Shown in pieces: positions 1 through 13,972 of a stretch of DNA of 64,000 nt (position 1 is the first letter of the stretch; the number at the start of each line of letters is the position of its first letter). The stretch is from Rotaria socialis (Eukaryota), in assembly GCA_905331295.1 (NCBI GenBank), contig CAJNYD010000546.1:1-64000 (forward strand), in the 5' to 3' direction. The position numbers and the translations under genes are program-made. The notes beneath the pieces were generated by a model. It had not been told where the DNA came from and made no database searches. It saw only the letters and a program-made list of their open reading frames with translations.

Positions 1-371
1 TCTGGACAACACGAACAGTGGAAGTCAAGAAATTAAGCGTAGTCTCCTAATATATCTCGAAAAGTTCGATGAGTTTACGAATTCTCAGAAAATCTTTGCG
101 CTTCTGAGAAAATATTTTTGAAACTCGTCCAGTATTCTGACACATCGAAATAGCATTGAGGTATCTTCTGTTTAATGTTCATGCTTCCACCGTTACTTTA
201 AAGGTTTAGGAATTGTTCGACATGCGTGATATGAATTTTAGTCACTTGATGCCCAGTTGTTATGAATAAAATCATTTAGAATCTGAGAATTCAAAAAAAA
301 TACTTACTTCACGAGAGTAGATCGGCTCCTTTTGACATCTTTCAGTATCTAGAAACTTGGGTGGCTTGTGA

Positions 372-600
372 CTAGGGGTAGGACAGATCTCAGATCCAGA
401 TATAGATCATATGAGCGAAAGAGCTGTTCGAAAAGATCAGATCAGATCAAAAGATCTGTTCAGACAGTTCTACTGATCTGATATGAACTGTTCGAACAAA
501 TCAGATCAGATCATGAGATCTATTCTGACAGTTCTTTTGACCTGATCTGAGCGGTTTGCAAATATCTGTTCTAAGAACTGATCAATCTGAGGCCAGAAAG
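372..600. repeat. Array of short GATCT/CAGATC units, probably the subterminal region of a non-autonomous TE
   Basis: Dense repeats of cagatc/gatctg/gaactgttc in both orientations; no coherent ORF. Confidence 0.4.
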
Positions 601-1011
601 TAACCTCGGAGCGATTTTAATCTATTGTCCTGATTTACCTTCCAGTAGTCACTATATTTCGTAGGTGTCTCTCGGATGTAGGCATCCACCGAGCCTGGGA
701 ACAGACCGGGATTTCCAGCTTTGGCCGTCCATGCCGGTGCAATCAATACTGAGTTTTAGCTCGATCCAAATCTTTCCTTCAATCCCGCACATTTCCCTCG
801 ACTGCAGCGAAAATCTTAAGAAAAAAAAACTTTTCTTTCGTGCTTCCATGCATGGACTATGGAACTCACGGGCTGAGGCATCTCACGATATTCTATGAAG
901 GTTGACGAGAGTAAATCCGAGCCTGGGAATCCGAATCCGAAGTCAGATTTTCAAAAATTTCGAAATCTCTTTTTCCGATGGAGGATGTGATCTTTTGAGA
1001 AAATCTTGATA

Positions 1012-1230
1012 TTTCCTCGACTGAAGGGAGGGTCATACAAAAAAAAATGCTTTTGCGTGTGTGTCTGTCTGTCTGTCTGTCTGCTTGGGGCAGGTCAAAA
1101 AATCATCCATGAAAACGGAGCTGATTTTCACTTTTTTCGCTGGCGTTGCTCAGCCAATCACGTGTGGGTGTGGGGGTGTGTGAGTTAAGGAAGGACCCAC
1201 ACACCACCCACCCCACACCCACACCCGTCC
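1012..1230 (+). mobile_element. Possible Helitron/HINE-like non-autonomous fragment with (GTCT)n tract
   Basis: gtgtgtctgtctgtctgtctgtctg at ~1060-1083 follows a unique 5' stretch, as in GTCY-bearing DINE/HINE elements. Inverted GT/CA-rich blocks follow. Confidence 0.3.
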
Positions 1231-2989
1231 GTTGTGTCTGACAACGCGAGCCAATATCGTTCCTAATATTTTTTACATCGGTCTTCGAGTGACAATTCGT
1301 TAGTAGCGTACATGAAAAAAAGCGAATTTCAGTGCATACAGAACATAACTCTGCGCAAACATCGAGTGTTCATCAAAATTTTTCTTTTAGGGAGACATTT
1401 TGTTTTGCTTTTTTTATTAAAAAAAAAACAAGTTGAAAAACTTGAATTGACTTTCTTTTTCTACAAATGGCATGGCACTATCATTTAAACGACAATTTAA
1501 AACACAGAAAATAGTTTATCTTGTAAAATAAAAGATTCTTCCTCTAAGGTCAGCTTACCTGAACTCGTTCCTTCACCACAAACATAACCATCGCTACGTC
1601 ATAGACGTTAACAGAAATTATTGATATACGATCGAAGATTCTACACGAGCTAGAACTGTCCGATCTGAGCTATAACCCTGATTTACATATGTACAATCTA
1701 CTGTTTTTTTTTATTGAAGAGTAACCGATAATGCTTTAGAACTTACTTTGGCTGATAGTACTGTTTATTTAACAAGCAAACAATGTGAAATTAGAATTTT
1801 CGTTCATGCTTTTTCAAGATATGATTATACTTAGCATGCTTGCCCAAATGTTCTCTTCCCGAATATAGAATCTTGCTATAATAATATCGCATGAAGACTA
1901 TTTTATAATATTTATTATTCAATAATTTGAATTTGAACGACGTGAAACCCACTATATAAAACAATTTTATTTTTTATTACGAAGTATGAATTATAGTGAA
2001 ATTGGAAGTACACAAAACACAACACAATTTCAAGTAGTCAAATGTGAAGTAAAGAAAAATAAGAGAAAGTTGTTGTTTAACAATTTCAAAGCTTGAGGCA
2101 ATCATTTGTTTTTATTGCCTAAAAAGTTGTTTTAAACATTGAAACAAATGTAAACACGTGGTTTTATAAAGAATTTTAAGGAAAAATACTAATGAAGCTG
2201 TTCTAATAATAGCATCATCTATTGTTACCTTAAATGAGATTACGACTATAATTGCAATAATTCGAAGAGGAAACTTGTGATCGATTGAATGATGAATTAT
2301 CATCTCGGGTCATATTGAACATTGAACAGACGAAAATTCCTTCACAAGACAATTATATTGTTTACAATGAAGAATCAACAAACCTAGATTCGATAATTAC
2401 TGATATACTTAATGATTGTTTAACTACCGAAACATTAGCAAAAAACAGTCAAACATCATTTACTCGAGCTGGATAAAACTACTTCGACACATTTCGTATT
2501 ACTAAATTTAAATAAGCAATCGAATGTATTCAATGATTTCTACACTGATTTATGTAGCTTCGAACAAAAATACTTCAAGAAATTATAATTTAGGAAAACA
2601 TGAACAATGGATTGTGAATACAAGTGCATCCTATTGTATTCATCCATTTCATATCCATTGATAATGTGACAATTAAAACATGTCACACGACATGCATGTT
2701 TTCCTAATTGATTTCAACTGACTTTACTTATGAAAAACATTATCTTTCATTTCATTACATCGATGAAGTAAAAATAATTTTGATTGCACCTCTCTCTCTC
2801 TCTCTCTTTCTCGCTCAAGATAATTATTATTAATGTTGTAATTCTAGACTATATTTGCTAAGGTCTAAGACGATTTGCGATCAACATATGCTTTTGTCTC
2901 GTTAAGAAAAAGAACAATAGTAGGAACAATTAAAGCACTTATCATACTTAAAGGTTGATATGAAGCAATCAATGATTGAAGATCGCTAC

Positions 2990-3189
2990 CTCGGGTGAAC
3001 AATGCGATCCGTAACCCAGATCGGTGTTTTACGACCGTAATTCTGCCGTATACAATTTACTTATGGCATGCATACGGCAAAATCACGGTCGTAAAACACT
3101 GGCCTGGTTTACGACGAAGAACGGTACATAAACAGTACAAATACAGTCGTATACGGCCCGTATCTGGTGACTGTATTCAATCACGCGAG
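2990..3189. mobile_element. MITE (CMC/EnSpm-like relic)
   Basis: Imperfect TIR CTCGGGTGA...TCACGCGAG. Internal ACGG/CCGT repeats resemble those of the 10807 and 62851 elements. Confidence 0.45.
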
Positions 3190-3872
3190 TCAGTGATGGG
3201 CCTGCTTTTTTGTTAAGTCTAGTGAAATTAATTTTTTGTCAGACTTCGTACGTTTTTTATGTGAACTTCATAAGAAATTAATAAAAGGTTATTGAAAACC
3301 CTTCTTAATAGAAATTAATATAAAGCACTAGGTATCGATTGGATATAATAAACTGGATAAAAACCGGCGAAAACCAGAGGTTTTTGAATGGTTTGGATTA
3401 CTTGGGTTTCTCCGTTTTCAATATGCCATTTTCCAGTAGGTCATAATATTAAAACTATACACTTGAATATAAAAAGAGAAATAGAAAAAAATATGTATTT
3501 TACTCGGTATCTACTAAGACAGAGATTTTTTTGCAAGAGATGCTAGTAACAATTTATTATATAACAAAATAATAGAGATAGTGTTTTGTATATGAATCTG
3601 TGATAGTTACACAAATTTACAATAGAATGAATGTAAAAATAGACATTGACGCAAGGCTTTTCATAGAAAATTTTCATATTCTGTTTTTCATTTATTCATA
3701 ATATTTTACACGAATATGTCGCCCATTATCAAAAAATAATTACTTTTAGCATCTCGTCGAGTTATATCAACTACATATATGTTCACTGATCTTTGTCAAG
3801 GGAAAAACATTTTCTTTTAAATTAAATCTTTCGTTTCACTAATCGGTATTCTTGCCATCATTCTTTCAGTAG

Positions 3873-4026
3873 TGCCAAACTTGAAACTTGAATTCAGTTG
3901 AAAAATAGAAAAATTTCAACTTTCAACTCATTGTGATGTATATATGAGTCACGATTCTTCAGAATGCTGTTGGTTTAAAAGTTGAAAATTGAAATTTTCA
4001 ATTGGATTCAAGTTTCAAGTTTGACA
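3873..4026. mobile_element. Foldback MITE
   Basis: tgccaaacttgaaacttgaattcagttgaaaa ... ttttcaattggattcaagtttcaagtttgaca forms an imperfect inverted repeat. Confidence 0.55.
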
Positions 4027-5125
4027 TACGTATATGCATTCTTTACGGATTCTTGTTTTTCTTGATAATCGGCCAAGAGTCTTTTTTGCATTTCCCTTCA
4101 AGTAATAATCTTGTTTCCTTTCCTGTCTAGAGAATCGTGCCTGACCCCGCAAGATTGAAAAGAATCTTGGCTGATTTACAAGAAAAACAAGAATCTGGAA
4201 AGAACAATGGTAATAATGTCGATTAGTGCTACTTTGTGCACATATACGGCTAGTTTAGAGCAATAGAAAAACCTCTTGCAGTTGGACAACCTGAGAAGAG
4301 TCAAAATTCTTTTGCAAAATATCTCTTCAACACGAAATGTTTGCAAACGAACATTGTTCTCATCAGGCGATAAGCTAAGTCCTTCTATATATTTAATTTC
4401 TCTGCATGATGGAATCTCATCATCACGAGCACGTTCGTGTTTGAAAACCTTCAGAACTTCTCGGAAGCCTGATTTCTGAGTATAAGATAACTTTTTCAAA
4501 TGAGTAATACTGCTATAATTGAGACAAATCTGTAGCCACATGCAACAAAAACCCGCACACACTACCACTTTGAACGATCGACCAAGTTTTCTACCAAGAG
4601 CATTAAAGATTAAATTTACCTTTGGGAATCACACGCGACACGGCTTAACCAATTCCGGATCGTAGCGACTCTTTTCTGAATACTCACACTTATGCACTTG
4701 AGCTCTCTGAAGTATTCTTTCTTTGTTGTTCATTCTGTTGAAAAAGGTTTACTATCACTATAATGTATTTTGACTTTTTCGGTATTTAAGTTCGTTATTT
4801 GATTGCGATGAGTCGAATAATAAATGAGTTTCAGCAATGAAACGAATCTTTAGCAATATCATTCGCTCAATTTAGTATGTTTGTATTTATTGTGAGATAT
4901 TTCTAGAAAATGCTTTCTCACCTGTATACTGTTATGGTATTTAACATGCTTACTCATAAGAAAGCTGTCAGCCATACATACATACATGAATTATTGAACC
5001 ATCAATATGTAGCACCATCTGTCATCGAATTGATTTTCTTTCCATTATTGAGGTAAACATTAAAGAATTATGGCTTACTTCGATCGATGGATCACTCTAA
5101 AAAATGTCATCAATCTTACAAGAAC

Positions 5126-6760
5126 CCCTAGTCGAACTCTTTTTTCAAGCGCTTGAGAAGACTTGAGCTCAAGATGTGCCCATAGCGCATGACATTCTTG
5201 CCACAGACAAGCCCTTGAACGCTTGCGTGAGTCATGTGGACAGATAAATGAACTCATGCGCAGGACTCGTGTAAATCACATGATTATTCGAGAAAAAACC
5301 AGCTAGAATTGAATACTCGAACATTTTCTACCCTAGATAATATGATGATTTTTTTCTGAAATTGTTAAATATAGTTACTATTTAAACTGTCTCTTTGTTT
5401 TCCGTCGTTAAGTTTTTGTTATTTGAATATGCGTTTTTATTATAAATCGGGCTATTTTTAACATAAAGTTGAAGAAAAAAGAACAAACATCATTTATAAC
5501 TTTTAATTAAAACTAGTCTCACACGAAAGAAATTTAGTTGTTGTCTTTGTGTCAGTTGATAGAATCCGTTGAACTAGTATTTTCACCAGCTTGTGATGGA
5601 GAGGTGCCAGTGATGGTGGTCTTCGAAGTTCGTATTGCTTTTAAAATATTATTACGTTTATTATCGTGCTTCATTTGTCGTACTGATTCTTTAACTATTT
5701 GCCATGTTTCTTCGTCAACATCTAAACGTTTATCTCGTTTTTTCAAAGCATCTATTGTGACGAACATAGAGAGTGTGGTCTATGTCCGTCGGCATGATGG
5801 TGTATTGTGTCATCTGCGCATCTCTAGTCGTGCATTTCCTTTACTTACATTGCCTTATATACGCGAGAATGATCACGCTTGGGCGGATATAGACAAAGAG
5901 GGAACGGTCACGCAATAGAACAATGAGAGTTCATCAGGTCAATGCACAAACATAAGATACAGCGAAGAGGGTAAAGTACATAAAGTGAGCCGTAACGGTA
6001 AATACCGTTACATCTATAAGGGAAAAAATCGATTAATATTTTATTCGTAGATTAGTAAGTACCTAATTTTAAGTTCTGTTACCATTTGTGCGTTCGACAA
6101 CACCGCATTTGGATTAGATGCATAGCCAGCAAGATGGAAAACTTGTCGAATGAATCGAATGTGTTCATCGAACTCGAACATGAGCTTACTCACATCAACA
6201 CCAAGAACAATCTAAAACAGCAGAATTGCATTTAATTAATAGCTGATTTTTTTCACTCACTTCAGGATCTGGTGGTAGTACTGGGTGAGCTGCCAAATCG
6301 ATGATGTTCATTAGATTTTTATTATAAATTTCAAATATTATATATCTAGATTGAAACAATCAACATCGACATACCTCTTTCAAAATTTTACTACTCTTTA
6401 GAATACGAAATGTTTTTCCTAATACCTTCAGTCGATTATCGACCTTATACTGCTTTTCATTGGTGTTTACTTATGCATTGTTAACGTTAAGAAGTTGATG
6501 ACCAGTGCCATCTAATCAAGTGAATGACTGATATATGGAAAAAAAAGTATATATATTTCTGCTGCACGAGCGTAATTCATGCGCTTGAGCCAGAAACAAA
6601 AATACTTGAATAAAAATTCAAGTACATGCAGTACAAATGCCAAGCGCATTAGGTTAAAAAAGGCCTCATGTCTTGCCTCAAGATGTATTCATAGTTCTTG
6701 ACTTTCTTGAGCAAGAAAGTCAAGAGTTGTATGCGCTTGCAAAAAAACGTTTGACTAGGG
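5126..6760 (-). mobile_element. Non-autonomous CMC/EnSpm-like DNA transposon with degenerate internal ORF (possibly BEN-domain-like)
   Basis: ~28-bp imperfect TIRs (CCCTAGTCGAACTC...CAAGCGC / GCGCTTGC...CGTTTGACTAGGG) and subterminal CTTGAG/TCAAG repeats. Minus-strand remnant at 5552-5767 (IDALKKRDKRL...WQIVKESVRQMKHDNKR). Confidence 0.6.
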
Positions 6761-7156
6761 CGGCTTTCCGTTTATTGTCTGATTTTGATAACAATTAAAC
6801 GTGAGAAGCGTCTTATTTTTTAGACACATGAATTGAAAAAAAGAAAAATACATCATCGTCTTTCGTAATGTAATTTCTTGTCTATATCGTTGGTTAGTCA
6901 CGATGCCCCACGACTAAAGTACTTTTCTTATTGCTAGTCGTTTACTAATTCTTTTCATTCATTTTATTTGTTTATCTCACTGTAGATGTTTTTTTAATAT
7001 TTTAGATCATCTTCTTTTTGTGTACTGATCAGCGGCATCAATTTATTATTTTATATTAAATAACAACAGTGAGTTTAGCTTTATTTCGTTTGAAAAATCA
7101 TAATTACATGTGTAAATATTCTTTTTATGAATTTTCAATATTGTTATATAGTTTAG

Positions 7157-9009
7157 ATGTCTTCAGCTACAACAGTTTCATCTATCCATCCTCGAGAAGT
7201 ATGGATTAAAGAAGAAGGTTGCAGCCACGTGTGTTTAATCATTGATCCCCAGACAAAAATAATTGAAGATATTAAACGATTAGTATTGGGTGATTCTCGT
7301 AAACATTACCAGGCTTTTTATCTTCAACAACTTCTAGCAGAAAATGTAGTTATTCCAACTGATGTTTCCTTCGAAAATCCCATCCAATTAAACCGTATCA
7401 TTAATCGTTCTTGTAAGTACTTTTTCTGCTGCACCGGTAAATAAATGACTTACTTCTTTTATACTGTAATATTTTTATTTTTAGCTATTCCATCAAATGA
7501 ATACGATAGTGATGCTCTTATGAATCTTCAATTTGAAAGAACTGATGAAAGAAGAACAAGCACCTTGCTCGACAACCGTCAACAACTATATCAATGCAAC
7601 AAATACATGGGCAAATGGCAAACAAATTGCTTGTATAGAAGTATTTTAATTTATCTTTTCAAATCTACATTTTAAGAAAAATAATTTCTTCAGTTTTTCT
7701 CCACTATTAAAAAGTGGACAGAATTTTTGGTAGAAAAATTTCACCATAAAAAATATCTATAATAAGTAATGAAGAAAAAATGTTCGAATAAGGTACTATG
7801 GGGAAAATATAGATTTTCTTTCAACAGACAATTGCTGAGATGAGTAATAAGAAAGATTTCCAACGAGAAATCATTCTTCGATTCTCCTCAATATCTTTTT
7901 CAAATGAATTTTTCTATCCAGTATTTGTGGTTCAAGATTTGAATATCATAAATAGTTTGCAATACATAGTTATAGTAGATTAAGTTAGTTCAAATACATA
8001 CGATATTTTGTTTGTATGACCGAGTTCTTTTTATGATAATTAGAACAAAATAAATGACAATTTTACTAAACTATTGTATTCTCTGCGCTTTGCTTCAGCC
8101 GCGAAGATGCTCTGTTATTTCAACAATACAATCTTATTAAAATTAAAACCATTTTCCTGTCAGGTTAATTAGAGTAAGATTACAAACGAAGCATTCATTT
8201 GGACATGAATATTCTATGAAGATATGGACGTTTATTAGATGAGACTAGTAAAATATGACAACTCTTCAGAACAATAATGAGTTAAACGTGAATAATTGAA
8301 AATGTACTAGAAAAAGTATTCTTCAGAAAGGAATATAGATATTTTACAAGTGACAATGAATGATCTCGATGACTTGGAAGTTTCTTAAAGAGCTTACTAA
8401 TGTTCGATAAACACATTAATATGAAATTCAGCAAAATGTGCTTCATTAATAGAATGGCATCTGAATATGTGTGAGAAAAATTTCATAGTAAAAGCGAAAT
8501 CGTACTAACCGAGAAGAAGCCGTTCTTCGATGCACATCTTCTGCTCTGAAATACGAGGGTTATTTCAATAGACATTCTATACTGTTGTTGAAAATCGTAG
8601 CTTTTTCAAAGCCTAATGCTAGTATAAGAATTGAAGTCTTATCAGATGCTCAGATTTTTATGCTTTAATGGCCAAAACATACGAGAGTTATGTATGAAAA
8701 AACAGTATATCAATCTGACAGATTGTTGAGCTACATCTGTAGAAGAAAAACATTTTCCTCATATATACATCATATATTTATGTTTCTGACAAGTGATTTT
8801 CTTATACAAGCGCAGTTGTGTATATTTCACTATGTGTAGATAATCCAGATGGAGCCAATAGCATTGGTAGTAGTCGTGATTGCTTACTCTCGACTGATAC
8901 TTCTTCTGGCACTTGGACATATCATAGGATGCTGCGAGAAGCGGCAAGCTATGTATGGCGTCGCATGAGTAATGGAAATGCCACTTCGTACAAATCAAAA
9001 TCTGAATAG
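7157..9009 (+). CDS. Small multi-exon hypothetical protein
   Basis: ATG 7157; donor gtaagt ~7413; acceptor tttttag ~7483; probable last exon ~8840-9009 (DNPDGANS...KSKSE*). Internal splice structure is uncertain. Confidence 0.4.
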
Positions 9010-10806
9010 GGGTATAGTATGAATGTACTTGTGCTTCTTGTAGTTGATGTATTTTTTAACGCTTGCACCTTAATTGTTAGTGGCTTATGTTCAAACATGA
9101 CTGCTTATTTCTCATTTTATCCTGCTTTCTTCTATGTATTTTTTTCAATATGTGTAGTATGTGTACATAATGCAACAAAGTATTATGCTGCTGATGTCGT
9201 ACTACCTTTTTCGCTTACTCATATTTTTTGACTAGCCGATTCATGCTCTTAAATGATACAGAAGAACGATGCCTGAGAATGTATATCTTCATCAAATAGA
9301 AGAAAGCAATTAATCAACATCATATAGTATACCTGAGTCTTATGAATAATGTAATCAACTACTTAATATGTATATGTGGCGGGTATATTTATAAATTTAT
9401 GTCAACTTGGTTGAATACACCATGGCGTAATAAGTCGTTACAACAGTTGAAACAAAGTTTTGATGTCCGACAGACTGAATGAAATTGATATAGATTTTGT
9501 ATAGCTTTATGGTGACTTGGAATGTTGAGTGATTTTTATCGGTTGTGCAGAAAGGTATCATTTGATTACACATTATCCATGATGCTAACCTTAGGTTTTT
9601 ATGTATTCGCCTTTTATGAGTGATAGCTAGGGTAAAATGGCCATTTTCTGATATTCTACTTGAAATCACACAGCATTACAATATTTTTGACTATTTTTAC
9701 GATAATATGTCTACTTTTTGAATCTGCGACGTGCGGTGCCTTCGACTTTTGAATAATTTTACAGATGATGAGAGGCGAACACATACTTAATTTCATTGCC
9801 ACAGAAAAAGATTTTCCCGAATGGAACAATAATGAGAAAATCCGCTAGAAAAAACTGAACTCCCTTTTCATGTAGAATGAGCATATCACTACGAATACTT
9901 CATCATCACGAGCGAAAAATACTGAGTCTCACTTCTGTTTCATGTCACCGAACGGAATAAACTACCTGCAATGATCTTAACACAGAGATATCGTATTTGT
10001 GAAAAAGCACTTGTATACAAAAATGAATTTAAGAAATCACCAGTCAGAGTATAAAAGTTCAGACGACCTGACTAATCTCACCTTCCTAATATTATTAAAA
10101 AACCGTTCCATGGTCTCGCTATAGATACATCTTTCACATGTGTAATGCAACTCTTCTTTTTGTTTTAGGGCTCGTTGGTCTCTTTTTGTTCATCATTGTC
10201 ATGTGAGTATAATTGAAGTTATCAGTATTTTGTTTCATTTCTACCCCACTTACCAACTCAATGTCCAGCAGATTCATCTAAAAGAAAACTAGAGCAGATA
10301 ATTAGTTGTGAACAATAAGATAGCGAATAAAGCCATGATCATGTTAGAAGACTCTGAATCTTCTATTCTGTCTTATTTTTCACCAGTTACAAGAGGAATC
10401 GTATATTATGTCTTTACAAAAGTCATCTTTTTCTGACACGCAATGATATAATTTTTATACAAGTCTTTTTATGCTGGTTATGTTGTTAGTAATTATTTAT
10501 TTTACTTTTTCTCCGTTGTTAAAGTTAACAGAAATCAGTCTATATTCTTTTACAAATGAAAATCTCATACTACTAGTATCTTTATTATAATAAGTACGTA
10601 TACTGGTAAAAAAATGACTAATTAACCTCCTTCTCAAAACAAATAAAGTCATTTGGAATAAATTCCAATTTCCCCTGCTATTTTGACTGAGTGTTCATAA
10701 TAACCCCAATAATACTCTATGGCTTTAAAGAATTGAATTTGATTCTCGTGAAAATAAAGATTTCATAGAGCTCAATTCAGCTTTTAAGGGAAAATCTTAA
10801 GAAGTC

Positions 10807-11096
10807 CCCAGGTTGATCAAAACGGACTCGTTTACGGTCTGTTTATCGATGGTAAACGATGTCAAAACGGTGTATTTACGGCAGTAAATAGACCGTATTT
10901 GCCCGTAATACCTGGCGCAGTAATACGGCACCGTAAACGGGACTGTATTTTCATGGTTTACGACTGTTTGCGCTCCGTACTCTCATAATAATACGGTCCG
11001 TATTACTGTGCCAGATATTACGGCAAACTTTCGCCCGTAAAATAGTCGTAAAGTAACCGTCAACGACCGTATACGGACTATACTGTTCGACCTGGG
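10807..11096. mobile_element. CCCAGG-terminal MITE (CMC/EnSpm-like)
   Basis: TIR CCCAGGTTGA...TCGACCTGGG; near-identical second copy at 62851-63127. Confidence 0.8.
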
Positions 11097-13972
11097 AACT
11101 TGAGTTTCGAAGTACTTTGCTTTGAAGAATAACCCAAGCAGGCAAATATTCCACAATCAAGGGACATCTAAAATGAGAAAACAAATTCCTGTTGTATGTT
11201 AAAAATACTTTTGTATTGTTTGCTCGTCATATCTAACATATGAACTGTTTACTATTGGTGAGTGAATATATACAAATAAAGGAAAGCAAACGGAAAGCGG
11301 GTAACTTTTCGATATATTTTATGAAAATTTTAACCAGTCTCAGGCGTGAATAAAAGAAAAAAATGATTATTTTCTTCGTTTTTGCCGCAAATTTGCATCT
11401 CATTCATTTTTATTATAGATGACGCTCTATATCAATCGCTTACTACTCTCGTTAGATTAAATATATTTTTTAAAGTATTTATGAAAGCATGTTTGCATTT
11501 TACTTTTCAAGTTTATTGAAAATCGATTGCGATTTCAAATTATGAAAACTGCAGACTAATGTTTATTAGTATCTCAAAACAGTTAATTTTTTAAATTAGC
11601 TTTTTTGTAAATTTCCATGTCAAAAATAGTTATGATTTGAAAATAACTGTTTTTCTGTAGAATGATCAAAATTATGCAATTATTTTGTCGGATTATAGTG
11701 TCTTACCGAAGAGATTATTATATTTTGTTTTTCTTTTGGTATTGTATTGTCCTCAAAACGTGCCTGAATTTACTTGTATTCTTTTTAAGCAAGGAAAGTT
11801 TTTTTTATCGCTATCTTTTATTCTAAAAGATGGCATAAAAAAATGAGCATTTCTCGTTCTTGAATTGGTTAATTACTGAAAAGTGCACTAAATACTCCTG
11901 TTTTTCTATTTTTCATCTTGCATTCAAACAAAACGAATGTAGTACAGAAGCGTGAAACAGAATATAAACCTGAGGGTGTGGGTGTGCGCTTTGATGTTGA
12001 CACTCCGTTTTCTCACACCCAAGCCTTCAAGAAAAATTTAACTATTTCATTCGAATTTTCAATCTTTCTCTTTTGGATAGTTCAATATTACAAAAGCATT
12101 CAATCGACAAATAAACAAAAGAATACAAACGTTAACATGATTGCAATTTCTTTTCTTCAACCTGATAAAAGTCTAGCTTCGAATCACTGAACCTAAGATT
12201 CTATCGGTAAAACCGTCTATGGTCAACTACTCGACCAAGTAATTGCAATGTTTCGAAATGAATTTACACGAGCAATTACTATGGATAAACGTATAAACAT
12301 CAATGACAACAAGACACATTCGTATATAGTATTGATATATGTATTTATTGATTCAATCGATTTGAAAACTTTTCTTTGATTTCTGCGATACTTGTCACTC
12401 AAAACATATGAATGAAAACCTCTGCTCGATTGTTCATTGAGAGTTGAACTTTGATTTGATTATGAATTCAGTATAGAAAAATCATTTTTTCACCCTCTAA
12501 TGAAGTCCGTACTATGACAACTAACTTTATTATCATTGCACATAGTTAAAATATATATGAATCTTTATCCACATTCGTTCCTTTTTTTCGAGAAGTGAGT
12601 ACTATGAGAGGAATGTGAACTTTGCTTCCTTTCTTTTGTGAAACACGATCCAAAAGGACCACTGAAATCTCTATTATGAATATGAATATAAACTTATAGA
12701 AATCTTCTTTTTTTCGATACGAATTATATATATATAAATGGTATCCATAGTCTACCGACACCCCGAGCAATGTTCATTCAATGATCGATTGCCACAGAAT
12801 TGTTGTCGGCTAATCAAGTGATGAGAATTTTACTTTCATTCCAAAGTTCTTTTTCTTTTGGTTGGCATAAAAAATACAATTCATTCATCCATCCATTCAA
12901 TCGTTGTTTAATGCAAACTAAATGTGCTTGTATAACCTTCATGGGTAGTAGGATTAAAATTAGATTCAGCTGCAGTAAATTAGAAATAATCGATTGTTGG
13001 ATTTTAATCGGATTCTACTACAAAAAGAGGTAGCTTGGCTAGAGAAATCGGATTTGCTCAGTCATAATCAAAAATAATTTAGATTTTGGGAGGGATATTT
13101 TTCACTGGATCTGAGTCGAGTAGAAGGTGAAATTGTAAGACGTATAAATTGAGCGCTTCATATAGTAGTTCCATATGGTAAGCAGAGAAAAACACAATTC
13201 CATGAATGATTCACCAATGATGGCAACTTTCTTTTCAAATACTTGGAATACATCATAGATGGAAAATCGTAATGGCATTGCCTAAGCTCATATCTATTAT
13301 AAAAGTAATTTCGTCAATATAACTACACATTTAAGTTTTATATTACAAGTTCTGTGGTATCTGATGTGTAGCGTGTTTGTAACGTTTCATTTACTGTAAA
13401 TAAGAAGATTCTATAAAGATAATTTATAGCTATATAAAATGCCACGAGGAAACATACCAATCTCAATTTTGTTATTTTCTTTATCATTAACGCGTATCTA
13501 ATTTTTTACTTGAATGGGTGTGACTATGTGAGTGTAGTTGTGAATGTATAAAAGAAACAATTACTGGCACCCACACATATTTCGATTAATTAACTATATA
13601 TGAGTTTGTCGTACATACGATCGATTTGGCAAGAGTTTGAAACTTTCTGACCACTCTTCAGCAAAGAGTCTCGTACACATCATAGAGAATATGATTTTGT
13701 TTTCAAATTAGTGTTGTTATTGTTTGCTTCACGTAAAATCTGTTTTTTCATTATATTGCATGCGTGTATTCTCATAGAACAAAACTTTGAAGAGAAAAGA
13801 AAAAAGAAAAAAATGTAATATTCTCCACATGTGTGTGTGAAAAATTCATCTTTTACGCACTTCTTTTACTTGCTTGCTCCGTTGCATAACATAGATAAAA
13901 ATACGAAAAAAAGAGACAATTAGCTGCTTTGCATGACTGTTGTAATTTCATTCGCTTCATACATAGTACCAT

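Noticed and set aside
4176..4733. 130-aa ORF and upstream remnant as a transposase
   Set aside because: Multiple stops and no recognisable motif.
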